Positions 51,590 to 63,831 of a stretch of 64,000 nt of DNA are shown here, in pieces. Position 1 is the stretch's first letter, and each line of letters starts with the position of its first letter. Both the position numbers and the translations under genes were made by a program. The notes beneath the pieces were generated by a model that saw only the letters and a program-made list of their open reading frames with translations, did no database searches and was not told where the DNA came from. The stretch is from Macrostomum lignano (Eukaryota), in NCBI GenBank assembly GCA_002269645.1, contig NIVC01003300.1, forward strand, positions 41,296 through 105,295, read 5' to 3'.

Positions 51590-54500
51590 ATGTCGCGCTT
51601 CCAGCGCCGTTCAACCCGCTCTCTGCTTTACAGCAAGGCGGCTACCATCCCAGCAACAGTCGGGCAGCAGCAGCACTACAGCCAACTGTCCGGATTCCTG
51701 CGGCCCAGCCTGCCACAGAGCGGCATGTCAACCGATCGAGTCCAGGTCACCTACCAGGTCACCGCGTCCAAGAGCCGCCGATCGACTAACGAGCGCGAGA
51801 CCTGGGGCAAGAAGATCGACTTTCTGCTGTCTGTCATCGGCTTCGCGGTTGACTTGGCCAACGTGTGGCGATTTCCCTACCTGTGCTACAAGAATGGAGG
51901 AGGTGAAGCAATTTTGCATCTAAAGACACTATAGTCAGTAGCTGGTAGGGAGCAATGCTGCATCTAGAGATGCTAGCCAGCAGCTGGTAGGGAGCAATGC
52001 TGCATCTAGAGACACTAGTCAGCAGCTGGTAGGGAGCAATGCTGCATCTAAAGACACTAGTCAGCAGCTGGTAGGGAGCAATGCTGCATCTAGAGACACT
52101 ATAGTCAGCAGCTGGTAGGGAGCAATGCTGCATCTAGAGACACTAGTCAGCAGCTGCTAGGGAGCAATGCTGCATCTAGAGACACTAGTCAGCAGCTGGT
52201 AGGGAGCAATGCTGCATCTAAAGACACTATAGTCAGCAGCTGGTAGGGAGCAATGCTGCATCTAGAGACACTAGTCAGCAGCTGCTAGGGAGCAATGCTG
52301 CATCTAGAGACACTAGTCAGCAGCTGGTAGGGAGCAATGCTGCATCTAAAGACACTATAGTCAGCAGCTGGTAGGGAGCAATGCTGCATCTAAAGACACT
52401 ATAGTCAGCAGCTGGTAGGGAGCAATGCTGCATCTAGAGACACTATAGCCAGCAGCTGGTAGGGAGCAATGCTGCATCTAGAGCCGCTAGTCAGCAGCTG
52501 GTAGGGAGCAATGCTGCATCTAAAGATGCTAGTCAGCAGCTGGTAGGGAGCAATGCTGCATCTAGAGACACTATAGCCAGCAGCTGGTAGGGAGCAATGC
52601 TGCATCTAGAGCCGCTAGTCAGCAGCTGGTAGGGAGCAATGCTGCATCTAAAGATGCTAGTCAGCAGCTGGTAGGAAGCAATGTTGCATCTAGAGACACT
52701 ATAGCCAGCAGCTGGTAGGGAGCAATGCTGCATCTAGAGCCGCTAGTCAGCAGCTGGTAGGAAGCAATGTTGCATCTAGAGACACTATAGCCAGCAGCTG
52801 GTAGGAAGCAATGCTGCATCTAAAGACACTATAGTCAGCAGCTGGTAGGAACAACAACAACAACAAACAACAGAGTACGCTGTCAGTTCGCAAAAGCAGC
52901 GTCAGATGGCTCGCTTCGAAGCTTGGGCGCGAACAAAGGCCGCACCGCCGGCAGAGTCCGGGGCGCCGGCGTCAGCCAGCAGACAGTCGACGTAGCGCCG
53001 AGTCCTCGCCTGTCCCCGCCGGTAGGGTGCCTGCAACGTAAGTAGCAGCACCTCCTGCACCGGCTCCGGACAGTAGGCCTCGGCGCGGATGACGTGGCCT
53101 GCCAGCTGGAGTCGCAGACGGCGCAGCAGATCGCTAGGACGGGCCAGGCCGGCGCGATGATAGAGCGCCGTGTTGGTGACTCGCTCGTTGCCGATCTTGA
53201 AGGCGGCGCGCAGCAGGCCAGCGTGCGCCGCGTCGACTTGAGCCTCGAGCGAGTCTGTCAGCGTCCAGGTCTCGGCGTTGTATAACAGGACGGTCTCGAT
53301 CACCGCCTGGAACAGCGCCGCCCTCTGGCGGTCCGGTAGGGCCTCGGACTGCAGGACTGACCTTATAGAACGAAAGGCAGCCCAGGCAAGTCCTCGGCGA
53401 CGCCGCAGATCCTCGCGGACGTCGGGAACCAGACCGCCGAGGTAGACGATAGGCAACCAGCCTATCCAGCTGTCGTTGGGCGCCCTCGACGGTCGAGGAC
53501 AGCAGGGCGAGGTCATCGGCGTAGCCAAGCACGCTGAGCCGTCTCTCCGGTTGGCGTCGACCCACGCGTCGCCGCAGCAGGAAGCCGTCGTCGTTGGAAG
53601 GCAGAGCAGTCCGTAGCACCCAGTCAAGCACCAGAATAAATAGGAACGGCGCTAGCGTATCTCCCTGGAGCACCCCGGAGGATGTCTCGAAGAAATCCGA
53701 TAGGCCGTCCGGTGTTGAGACAGCAGCCGTCGTGCCGTGGTACAGCGCCATGACAGCAGAAATCAGCAGCTCTGGCACGTTGTACGCACGGAGCACCTCT
53801 GGAGCGCGTCCCTCACGACCGAGTCGAAGGCCTTCCTGAAATCGACGAAGATTAGGATCAGGGTCAACTGGCGGATGCGCGCCTCCTCGATGACTCGCCG
53901 AAGAGCCAGGATCTGCGTCACTGTGCCGCGATGGGGCCGGAAACCGTTCTGCTCAGGCCGCAGGTACGGGTCCAGCACAGGCTGTAACCGCGATAGCAGC
54001 ATGCGGTTGAACAGCTTCGCGGCGCAGGACTGTAGGCAGATGCCTCGATGCTCCTCGAGCTTGGTGGTGCCCGGCTTCTTTGGAATGGCGACGATGTGCG
54101 CCGTGGTCCATTCGTTTGGCGCCACCTCACCGGAAAGCACGCGGTTCATCACTCTGGCGACCTCAGTGGCCACGCAGTGGATCCGCAGCGCCTCGGTGGG
54201 CAATGCTGCATCTAGAGATGCTAGTCAGCAGCTGGTAGGGAGCAATGCTGCATCTAGAGACACTATAGCCAGCAGCTGGTAGGGAGCAATGCTGCATCTA
54301 AAGACACTATAGCCAGCAGCTGGTAGGGAGCAATGCTGCATCTAGAGACACTAGTCAGCAGCTGGTAGGGAGCAATGCTGCATCTAAAGACACTATTGCC
54401 AGCAGCTGGTAGGGAGCACTGCTGCATCTAGAGATGCTAGTCAGCAGCCCAGTGACAGGTAAAATGACAATCCACATTTGTAAAATGCAAACACCCAGTC

Positions 54501-57500
54501 AAACTGTTTTTACTCAGCTCCAGTTTCTTATTTTCAAGTGAAGCAAATCGATTTTCTGTTCAAACAAAGTCAGAAGCAGTTGGAAACAGCTTACATTGCC
54601 AGGCATGAATTATTGAATGCAAGTCGGAGGAAAAGACTCACAAGCAGAACTAGCCAGAGGTCTGACATCTCGATCCTTCTCGCTCTGCCCAGCTATCCTC
54701 GCATTTAATTTCAAATCTTGGAGGATTTGAGTTGAACAGGGATTTTTGTGGGACTTTCTGATTCCTTCCTGTGACCTGGGCTGCAGCCATGCAAGGCCCA
54801 GCAGGTCTGCGGTTGGGGAGTCAAATGAAATCAGGGTTAGAGATGCCTGCGCTTGGAGAACGACTGCCGGATTTGAGAAACTGAGGTGGTCTAAAAAAAT
54901 AAAAAAGATTAACGGCTGCGCTTCAGGTCGAGCGGAAGTTCGTGGGGCCAGAGCGGGGCGGGAGTCTGGAGATGAGGAGCCGGGAGGGAAGAGAGAGAAA
55001 GAGTTTGGATTTTTGTGAGTTGCAGTGAAGTTCCACGCTCTTTGGCGACACTTTTTATTACTGTTGCCCCCCTTCCCCCATAAAGGCAGTGGAAACGTTG
55101 GAAGCTCAGCTTCCTCGCTCCCGTGTTGTTCAGTGAGTTTGTTGGCTTCCCGAGCTCCTAGCAGACCGTATGGCACCGGAACTTCTTTGTACAGGTGTGC
55201 AGCGGCTCCGAAGGCATGTACACATTCTGAGCTTTGCGCATTGCTCGAAAGGTGTACGTCAATGCTTCAAAGTTTCCAAAGCAGGTGTTGAGTGCAAAGA
55301 TTAGCCCTGGGTAAATAAATATGCGCACGCTTCAGTGCACCGGTGTCAGGCCATCATCAGGCTGATTAACAGTTATAAACTGAGCCAGCACAGCCGCCTG
55401 GGACTGTTGCCTGTATCAATATTTGTTGTTCCTCAAGCAGGCGAGGGCAACTGAGGTCCCTGCTGCTGCCTCTCCAGCCTCTACCTTCCCATCATCATCT
55501 CTCCAACGCGCATCTCCCAGCATGGTAAATTATGCATCCAACGGGCATGGCGAATTCGAGTTATATATATAAATCCTTCCCCATGCCAACCTGTCCGACA
55601 ACAAGTGTCGTCGTCTAGCAGGCCGAGTTCCCACGCTGTCTCTCCTCTCTCGGTCAGCAGACGGACTTGAAGAAGCCGCTTGTCATTGTATATAGTAGCA
55701 TTTTCCGGCAATAAACCGCGTACTTGAGGCTCCCCTTCAGTTTGAGCATACAATACTTTTTTGCCAGTTGCCATGGCCGTCGCACTCACCCAGACAGACA
55801 GGAGGCGGGCACTCAAGCCCTATCAACCCCTGCCGTCTTCGGCTAATTAAGCAAATAAAAGGGAGACTTTGGAGTTTGAGCTGGGAGTCAAGGCTCCACT
55901 GCGACTCCTGTGCTCATCCCATCATTCTCCGGCTCTCTCTTCGGATCACGGCGAACAACATTCATAAAGGATGAAGAAAAAGGAAACCACGCACGGCCAA
56001 AAAGGCTTTGATGAATTTTTCTACCTCATACACGGGACTGGACATGCCGGAGATGCTGTCAGAGCCTCTACGAAAAGAAAGGATATATAATCGCATCTTA
56101 GTCGATTTGGTTTTCAATCAACCACTGAGGCCAGTCTGAGCCTACGTGACTCGGAAAAATGCGCTAATGAACTCAGAAGTTCGCTTCTGGATGGACAGGG
56201 AGATGCGCTTAAAGAGAGGGCAGAGATCTGATTTATTGGGTTATCGACTGAGACCAGGCTCTGTGGAGCTTTTTTTAAACTTCTCGCTTCACAGCACAAA
56301 GCAACCAAGTGTTTGGGCTGGCCCTACTCTGTAGCTTCCAGGACCTCCGACTGGTTCAGTGAGCAATGCTGGAAATGGAGCTGGCCCTACTCTGTAGCTT
56401 CCAGGACCTCCAACTGGTTCAGTGAGCAATGCTGGAAATGGAGCTGGCCCTACTCTGTAGCTTCCAGGACCTCCGACTGGTTCAGTGAGCAATGCTGGAA
56501 ATGGAGCTGGCCCTACCCTGTAGCTTCCAGGACCTCCCGATGGAGGTTTGAGTGATCCAAGTGATTCAGTGATGTAGAGAGGTGCAACTAGCATCACTTA
56601 GCTAACTCAAACTCAAAAGCTCTGACAGCTCAAACAGAACACTGCAACAAGCCAGCAATCAAGCAATTCCACCTTCCTGCCCTCTCGCCCGACAGGCGCC
56701 TTCCTCATCCCCTACCTGCTCATGCTGGTCATCGGAGGCATCCCGCTGTTCTACATGGAGCTGGCGCTGGGCCAGTACGTGCGCAAAGGAGCCATCACCT
56801 GCTGGGGTCGCGTCTGCCCCCTGTTCAAAGGTAAAGAGCGACTCACTGTGTCTGCGCGTCTGCTTTCAGATCTATCATTTTTAGCAGTGTTTTGATACGA
56901 TTTGATCATGTCCGTGCAAAACTAATGAGTACAGAAGTGCTTTAGAGGCAGTTAAAAGAGGATTGTAAATGGAGTTTCCTAATTTAGAATCGGAAAGTTA
57001 TTTCCCTGAATAGTCAACAGACTGTTTTTTAGGAAAGAGCTCAAGCCGGGAGCCCACTGAACCTGTTGTTCCCTGTACCGACGTAGCTAGTTGCTTGGCT
57101 AATACTGTGTTCACTCTGATTCTAAAGCAATACATTTGAGATCAGACACTGCTGCTGCAAATCCGGCTGTGGAGCCACTTTAATACCCCTGCGGATTCTT
57201 CGGTGCAAATATAAGCTTGCAACAGCAACTTTATTTGTCAGCCTGTCTTTTATAGTCTGAGAGCGGCTTTTAGGCTCTGCAAGCTGTGCAAGGCGACGAC
57301 GCAACGGACGCAAGCCAGTGGCCCACGCAGAGGGGGGCAGGGGGGGGGGCGTGCCCACTTCCAATCCCCCTCAAAAATTGCGCTCCTCCAAAAGCAAAGT
57401 GAAAGAGAGGAATGACCGGTAGCTGAACTTGTGCCACCTCCTGGACGGGGGCATCCACCGGTCTAAGAGACGGGGTGCCCACCAAGAGACAGAGGCGTAC

Positions 57501-60500
57501 ACCACGAGCCAAGGGGCGCCCACAAAGAGACACAAAATGACAGGGCGCAGACAAAGAGACAGGTGCGCCCATCAAGAGACGGGGCGCCCACAAAGAGCCA
57601 GAGACGCCCACCAAGAGCTCAGGGGCGTCCACCAAGAGCTAGAGACGCCCATGAAGAGACAGACGTCCACCAACAGACAGAGACGCCCATGAAGAGACAG
57701 ACGTCCACCAACAGACAGAGACGCCCATGAAGAGACAGACGTCCATCAAGAGCTAGAGACGCCCATGAAGATACAGGCGCCCACCAAGAGCCCAGGGGCG
57801 TCCACCAAGAGCCAGAGACGCCAAGTATTGGTGGCCAATCGGCTAGCAACAGATTAAATTTTAGTCAGACGTTAGATAAAAAAGTTGACTGCTACAGTCT
57901 TCTAATTAAGGTGTCTCAGTTAGGGGACGTGACCTGGCACTAATCAAGGGGTGCTAATTGGAACTTCCCCACTCCCAAAGTGCAAAGAAAATGCAGACGG
58001 CTCATTTGGCATTCGTTAACTCCGCCCTCCGAGCAGGCATCGGTCTCTGCGTTGTAATGATCGCCTTCTTCACCGACTTCTTCTACAACGTCATAATCGC
58101 CTGGTCCCTGTACTTTCTGTTCGCCTCATTCGCTGTTAACCTGCCGTGGACCTCCTGTAACAACACTTGGAATATGCCGACCTGCTACGATGAGCACCTG
58201 AGCGACAAAGTTGCTGTGGTAACCGCCAACCTCACCACTGCCATCCAAACAGCCGTTGATGCGAACAGCACTGGACGAACTTATCCTGCACACGAGTTCT
58301 TCTAGTGAGTGGCTCTCATTCTCAAGCTGGCTCAGGAACTTATCCTGCGCACGAGTTCTTCTAGTGAGTGGCTCTCATTCTCAAGCTGGCTCAGGAACTT
58401 ATCCTGCGCACGAGTTCTTCTAGTGAGTGGCTCTCATTCTCAAGCTGGCTCAGGAACTTATCCTGCGCACGAGTTCTTCTAGTGAGTGGCTCTCATTCTC
58501 AAGCTGGCTCAGGAACTTATCCTGCGCACGAGTTCTTCTAGTGAGTGGCTCTCATTCTCAAGCTGGCTCAGGAACTTATCCTGCACACGAGTTCTTCTAG
58601 TGAGTGGCTCTCATTCTCAAGCTGGCTCAGGAACTTATCCTGCACACGAGTTCTTCTAGTGAGTGGCTCTCATTCTCAAGCTGGCTCAGGAACTTATCCT
58701 GCGCACGAGTTCTTCTAGTGAGTGGCTCTCATTCTCAAGCTGGCTCAGGAACTTATCCTGCACACGAGTTCTTCTAGTGAGTGGCTCTCATTCTCAAGCT
58801 GGCTCAGGAACTTATCCTGCACACGAGTTCTTCTAGTGAGTGGCTCTCATTCTCAAGCTGGCTCAGGAACTTATCCTGCGCACGAGTTCTTCTAGTGAGT
58901 GGCTCTCATTCTCAAGCTGGCTCAGGAACTTATCCTGCACACGAGTTCTTCTAGTGAGTGGCTCTCATTCTCAAGCTGGCTCAGTGAGAATCCGCTCCTT
59001 GATTCTCATGCTAAACGAACTCTCGTTTTTCGCACTGACGATCCTAAAGCTACATGGCAACCAAAAAGTTAGCACATTTCTGGTGCAGCACAACGCACAC
59101 AGGTCTGGAGGATGCCCCCCTCCATCCCGATACATTTCCCCTCACACCAGCATCTCCCCTTCGCTACAATTTGCAGCGGCCCCGCCCCTCTGCCCTAGTA
59201 ACCGAACGCCCTCTTCATCTTTCTGTGGAGGATATTGAATGACAAACAGAAATTGCGATTCCCCAGCCAACATCACAGACCTATGAAGCCCACAAAATGT
59301 CCACCTTCAAGCCTTGGCTCTTTGAGGCCTCCGTGGGAGGACACGGACCCCCGGGGCCTGGCTTAACAACGAGGGAATTCAATTTGTCAGGCAGTGTACA
59401 ACGAGGAATTGCATTCATGCACAGCCACTCCCGTAAATATTTTCTAGTAGCTTCTAGTACTGGCTAGAAGCCGCCTAACATGCCTAATCCCAATTGTGGC
59501 GTGGGATGAGAGTCAGCTAGCTTGTTCCTGCAGTCCACAGTGGTTCCCTCGGTGGCTTGTAGGCTCCCATATTAACTGGCGCACAAGAATTTAGCGCTGG
59601 TTTATCGATATGGCGCTCGTGTTAATAGGTGTCACCAAAATTCTACTGTTTAAACCTGCTTCATGAATTGTATTTCATTACCCACGCTGTGGTGAAAATA
59701 TGAATGACTCGTTTTCAGTCTATTAAGTATCGTATCGTTTTCTATCAATATCAAGTTTTTCATCGAGTTTCTCATTGACTTTTCAATCGATTTTTTCATC
59801 GACTTTCGATCGACTTGATCTCTTCATCGATTTTCTGACCGATTTTCATATCGATTTTCTTATCAATTTTTTGTCGATTTTCTAAGCAACTTTCTGATCG
59901 ATTTTTAATCGATCTTTCGATCTTTGTATCGATTTTCTAACCAATTTTCTTATCGATTCTCTAATCGATTTTTGTGTTTAATTGGTATTGGTTGGATTAC
60001 TTTGGTGTTCGAATTAGACCAATCAATGTACGCTTTAATTCTTAAAACGCTCTCATCTCCTCTTTCCTTTTTCGCGTTTCCGCAGTCACCACGTTCTTGG
60101 CAACCATCCCGACGGCGGCTATGGCATCGGCAACCTCGGTACGGTGCAGTGGAAGCTGGCGATGTGCCTGGCCTTGGTGTACATCATCTGCTACTTCAGT
60201 CTGTGGAAGGGCATCAGCATGTCTGGAAAGGTAGGGCTGCTCTGGGCTGTTGATATACATTTTTTCTATTATCCAGTCTTTGTGTCTGCTCGAAGAGTTC
60301 TCTAAGTCTTTGTGTCTGCTCGAAGAGTTCTCTAAGTCTTTGTGTCTGCTCGAAGAGTTCTCTAAGTCTTTGTGTCTGCTCGAAGAGTTCTCTAAGTCTT
60401 TGTGTCTGCTCGAAGAGTTCTCTAAGTCTTTGTGTCTGCTCGAAGAGTTCTCTAAGTCTTTGTGTCTGCTCGAAGAGTTCTCTAAGTCTTTGTGTCTGCT

Positions 60501-63500
60501 CGAAGAGTTCTCTAAGTCTTTGTGTCTGCTCGAAGAGTTCACTAAATCTTTGTGTCTGCTCGAAGAGTTCTCTAAGTCTTTGTGTCTGCTCGAAGAGTTC
60601 TCTAAGTCTTTGTGTCTGCTCGAAGAGTTCTCTAAGTCTTTGTGTCTGCTAGAAGAGTTCTCTAAATCTTTGTGTCTGCTCGAATAGTTCTCTAAGTCTT
60701 TGTGTCTGCTCGAAGAGTTCTCTAAGTCTTTGTGTCTGCTCAAAGAGCTTCCTAGGTCTTTGGGTCAACCAAAATAGTTGTTCGCGGTTTCTGTAGGAAA
60801 TCCATAATATTTTATAGGTCTTTGTAACAGTTTGAAGGCTCATTCGTGCATGCTGGTAATTTTGCAGATTATTAAATTATAACTTCATTTGAAACACCCC
60901 CAACCAAGGTGGTCTGGTTCACCGCTCTCTTCCCATACGTTGTACTGCTAATTCTGCTGGTTCGCGGCGTCACTCTCGAGGGCTCAATGAAGGGCATTCA
61001 CTACTACATCAAGCCCAACATGACCGAGCTGCTGACCTCGCGCCCCTGGATTGACGCGGCCACGCAGGTGTTCTTCTCGCTGGGCCCTGGCTTCGGCGTC
61101 CTGCTGGCCTTCGCCTCCTACAACAAATTCAACAACAACGTGTACAAGTGAGCACCGCCTTGAAGTGCCGCTGTTGCCTAAGCAGTGCCCCCTTCAGCCG
61201 ACTCCCCTCAGCAGGCGCACAAGCGCAAGGATACGTACGCAGTCATACGCACAGGCACACACTCACACAGGAGTGTACAGCGGCCCAAACTTTATTTATA
61301 ATTAGGCATGTACACTTCACTGTGCCCTGGGGGTTGGCCCTCAAGGCCGTTAATTACACGAGCCAAGAGCCAAGCCGGAATTCCAATTTAGCCCCAAATT
61401 AATGCGACTCCACTTGGAATCGAGCCTGGGCCGCTGGCACATCAGAGCGCCGCGCTGGACCACTGGGCTACGGCACCCCCTGAAGGACCCGTATTGGATA
61501 AGCGGTGCCCTCACTGAAGGACCCGTATTGGATAAGCGGTGCCCTCACTGAAGGACCCGTATTGGATAAGCGGTGCCCTCACTGAAGGACCCGTGTTGGA
61601 TAAGCGGTGCCCTCACTGAAGGACCCGTGTTGGATAAGCGGTACTATCAATATAATATAAGTATGTACTATGCACTAAATAATATAATAAATAGAGTGCC
61701 TACTCTGAAGGTCTCATACGTAGCACTACTAGTACTGTAATACATTTCAAAACCAGCTCCTCTCAGTTAAAATCATAATTCCAATTTCTCAAGCATCAAG
61801 AAGGTGTTGGCAGCTCAACTACCAAGGAAGGAAGCCGTCAGCCATTGAGCTGAATAAAAATAGGCAGAGTAGACTTTTAAATACTGCGTGGATCCGGGAG
61901 ACCATGATTGATATCGGAGACTGGCGGAGCAGCCTATGGATGAAGAATAATAATTTATGAATTATCTCAGCCCGGGCGAAACTGTAGCTGCCATCTCTTA
62001 TCGTCGCGGCTCTTAAATTTACTCTCAGGAGCCAAGCGGGCGCGAACAGGATCTGCTTCGCGCATTTTTATATGAACTTTTCTATCATAAATCTTTAGCA
62101 TATATGAGTTAAACTATAATAATGAGCATTTTATGCGAAATGCGACTTGGGGCGACCGCACAGCCCGAGATGTACTTTTAAACGGCCTCATTGTAGTCCT
62201 ACGAGAGTAGCTACCCTTGAGTATACTGCATGGGGCTCGTTGTGATCTTCCTTCGAACCTGCTCTCCCTTACTCCCCCCTCTCTAATTCCTCGCTCCATC
62301 ACGCTCCCACTCCCCTCTCTACTTTTCTACCTTTCTTACTTCTGCCTCCGTTTATCCTATCTCCCTGTGTTCATTCTATCTCAGTCTCAGTCCATCTTTT
62401 CTCAGTCTCAGTCCATCTTATCTCAGTCTTAGTCCATCATATCCCCTCTCCGACCATCCTATCTCCCTCTCCGACCATCCTTATCTCCCTCTCCGACCAT
62501 CCTTATCTCCCTCTCCGACCATCCTTATCTCCCTCTCCGACCATCCTTATCTCCCTCTCCGACCATTCTTATCTCCCTCTCCGACCATCCTTATCTCCCT
62601 CACCGTCCATCCTTATCTCCCTCTCCGACCATCCTTATCTCCCTCTCCGACCATCCTTATCTCCCTCTCCGACCATCCTTATCTCCCTGTCCGACCATTC
62701 TTATCTCCGCCTCCACTCTCCCCACCCCGCAGAGACGCCATGATAACCAGCGCCGTGAACTGCATGACCAGCTTCCTGTCCGGCTTTGTGGTTTTCGCCA
62801 TCATCGGCTACTTGGCCCACAAGCGCCAGGAGGATGTCAAGGATGTCATCTCGGACGGTTGGTTATTTTGTAGTTTCCGTTGTTGTCACGAATTCACGTA
62901 GGACTGCCTAGATTGTCAACATAATGATGAGCTCTGGTGGGATGTAAGCGCGACCTTTCAATCCCTTCACTCTGAGAATTAGCGCCATCCTTCGATCCCT
63001 TCATTCTGAGAATTAGCGCCACCCTTCAGTCCCTTCATTCTGAGAATTAGCCCTGACCTTCAGTCCCTTCATTCTGAGAATTAGCCCCAACCTTCAGTCC
63101 CTTCATAGCGGTAATTCTAAAAACAGAAAATATGCAATAACCAGCAAAGCCTCCTCATCGCAATGGCAGATCCCGGACTCGTCTTCACCGTCTATCCGGA
63201 GGCTCTGGCCACCCTGCCCGGCTCAACATTTTGGAGTCTCTGCTTCTTCCTGATGCTCATGACGCTCGACTGGACAGCTCGGTAAATGAGTCTATGCTGC
63301 AAGTGGCATCTGCTTGGGATCCGAATCTAAATGGGATATTTTTGTATCTGAATGGGGAACTGTGTGAGATCTGAGTGGGATATGAGTAGGATCTGAGTGG
63401 GCTATGAGTAGGATCTGAGTGGGATATGAGTAGGATCTGAGTGGGATATGAGTAGGATCTGAGTGGGATATCAGTGGGTTTGCGAGGGATTTGGAATCTT

Positions 63501-63831
63501 TTTGTAAAGGACTGTAAATTTGAGCACATCTCATGCCTGAGTGAGTCATCTGGTCGAACTCTAAACCCATGAAAAGTGCACCCGCTTCCTCCACTCGGCC
63601 AGTTCGGCGCGCTCGGAGGCCATCATCACTGGCGTCAGCGACGAATTTACGATCATCCGACGCAACCGAGAACTCTTCGTGCTGGGCCTGTTCGTCTTCT
63701 ACTACTCCGTGGGCCTCGCCGAGGTCACCCAGGGCGGCATCTACATCCTGAACATGCTGGAGCGATTCTCAGTCCAGTATTCCATTCTCATCGCTGACTG
63801 TTTGAGACTATGTGCGTCTCCTGGATCTACG
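51590..63831 (+). CDS. DAT: Sodium-dependent dopamine transporter, invertebrate type (SLC6 monoamine subfamily); 3' exons lie beyond the window; three 1-nt indels in exons 7-8
   Basis: Exons 51590-51902, 56696-56830, 58037-58304, 60086-60230, 60909-61147, 62733-62857, 63170-63281, 63603-63831. Motifs: TM1 [37 protein letters not shown]|AFL (monoamine Asp; F-A-V-D-L-A is DAT/NET-type); TM3 [17 protein letters not shown]; TM6 [31 protein letters not shown]; [21 protein letters not shown]; [12 protein letters not shown]. Confidence 0.93.
51915..54450. repeat. 42/44-bp minisatellite in DAT intron 1, split by a retroelement
   Basis: Unit cagcagctggtagggagcaatgctgcatctagagacactagt (variant ...actatagt) at 51915-52851 and 54200-54450. 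Confidence 0.95.
52852..54199 (-). mobile_element. 5'-truncated RTE-like non-LTR retrotransposon (RT domain, few frameshifts)
   Basis: Minus frames give [27 protein letters not shown]...[33 protein letters not shown] and [11 protein letters not shown], followed by a (TTG)n tail at 52852-52871. Frameshifts occur near 53800 and 53470. Confidence 0.93.
56320..56540. repeat. 63-bp tandem repeat, about 3.5 copies
   Basis: Unit ggccctactctgtagcttccaggacctccgactggttcagtgagcaatgctggaaatggagct. Confidence 0.9.
57460..57820. repeat. Degenerate short tandem repeat in DAT intron 2
   Basis: Recurring gacgcccatgaagagaca / gggcgcccaccaagagc blocks. Confidence 0.75.
58277..58984 (+). repeat. 59-bp tandem array (12 copies) containing the DAT exon-3 end and its 5' splice site
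   Basis: Unit gaacttatcctgcRcacgagttcttcta|gtgagtggctctcattctcaagctggctcag; ttatcc at 58281+59n up to 58930. Confidence 0.97.
60275..60745. repeat. 30-bp minisatellite in DAT intron 4
   Basis: Unit agtctttgtgtctgctcgaagagttctcta, about 16 copies. Confidence 0.96.
61405..61477 (-). mobile_element. tRNA-derived SINE head or tRNA pseudogene (CTG/Gln-like loop)
   Basis: Minus strand tagcccagtggtccagcgcggcgctctgatgtgccagcggcccaggctcgattccaagtgg contains an A box, a ctctgat loop and a B box with one mismatch. Confidence 0.45.
61481..61642. repeat. 34-bp tandem repeat, about 4.7 copies
   Basis: Unit tgaaggacccgtattggataagcggtgccctcac. Confidence 0.92.
62445..62710. repeat. 22-bp pyrimidine-rich minisatellite abutting the exon-6 acceptor
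   Basis: Unit ccgaccatccttatctccctct, about 11 copies. Confidence 0.93.
62960..63105. repeat. ~33-bp tandem repeat in DAT intron 6
   Basis: tcccttcattctgagaattagc recurs 4 times. Confidence 0.85.
63365..63470. repeat. 22-bp tandem repeat in DAT intron 7
   Basis: Unit gatctgagtgggatatgagtag, about 4.5 copies. Confidence 0.88.

Noticed and set aside
58277-58984. CRISPR-like appearance of regular arrays (also the 51-bp and 42-bp arrays)
   Set aside because: The units are contiguous with no unique spacers, there are no cas genes, and the context is eukaryotic.
59745-59975. Run of atcgattttt-like motifs in DAT intron 3
   Set aside because: A degenerate low-complexity repeat with no definable unit or further structure.
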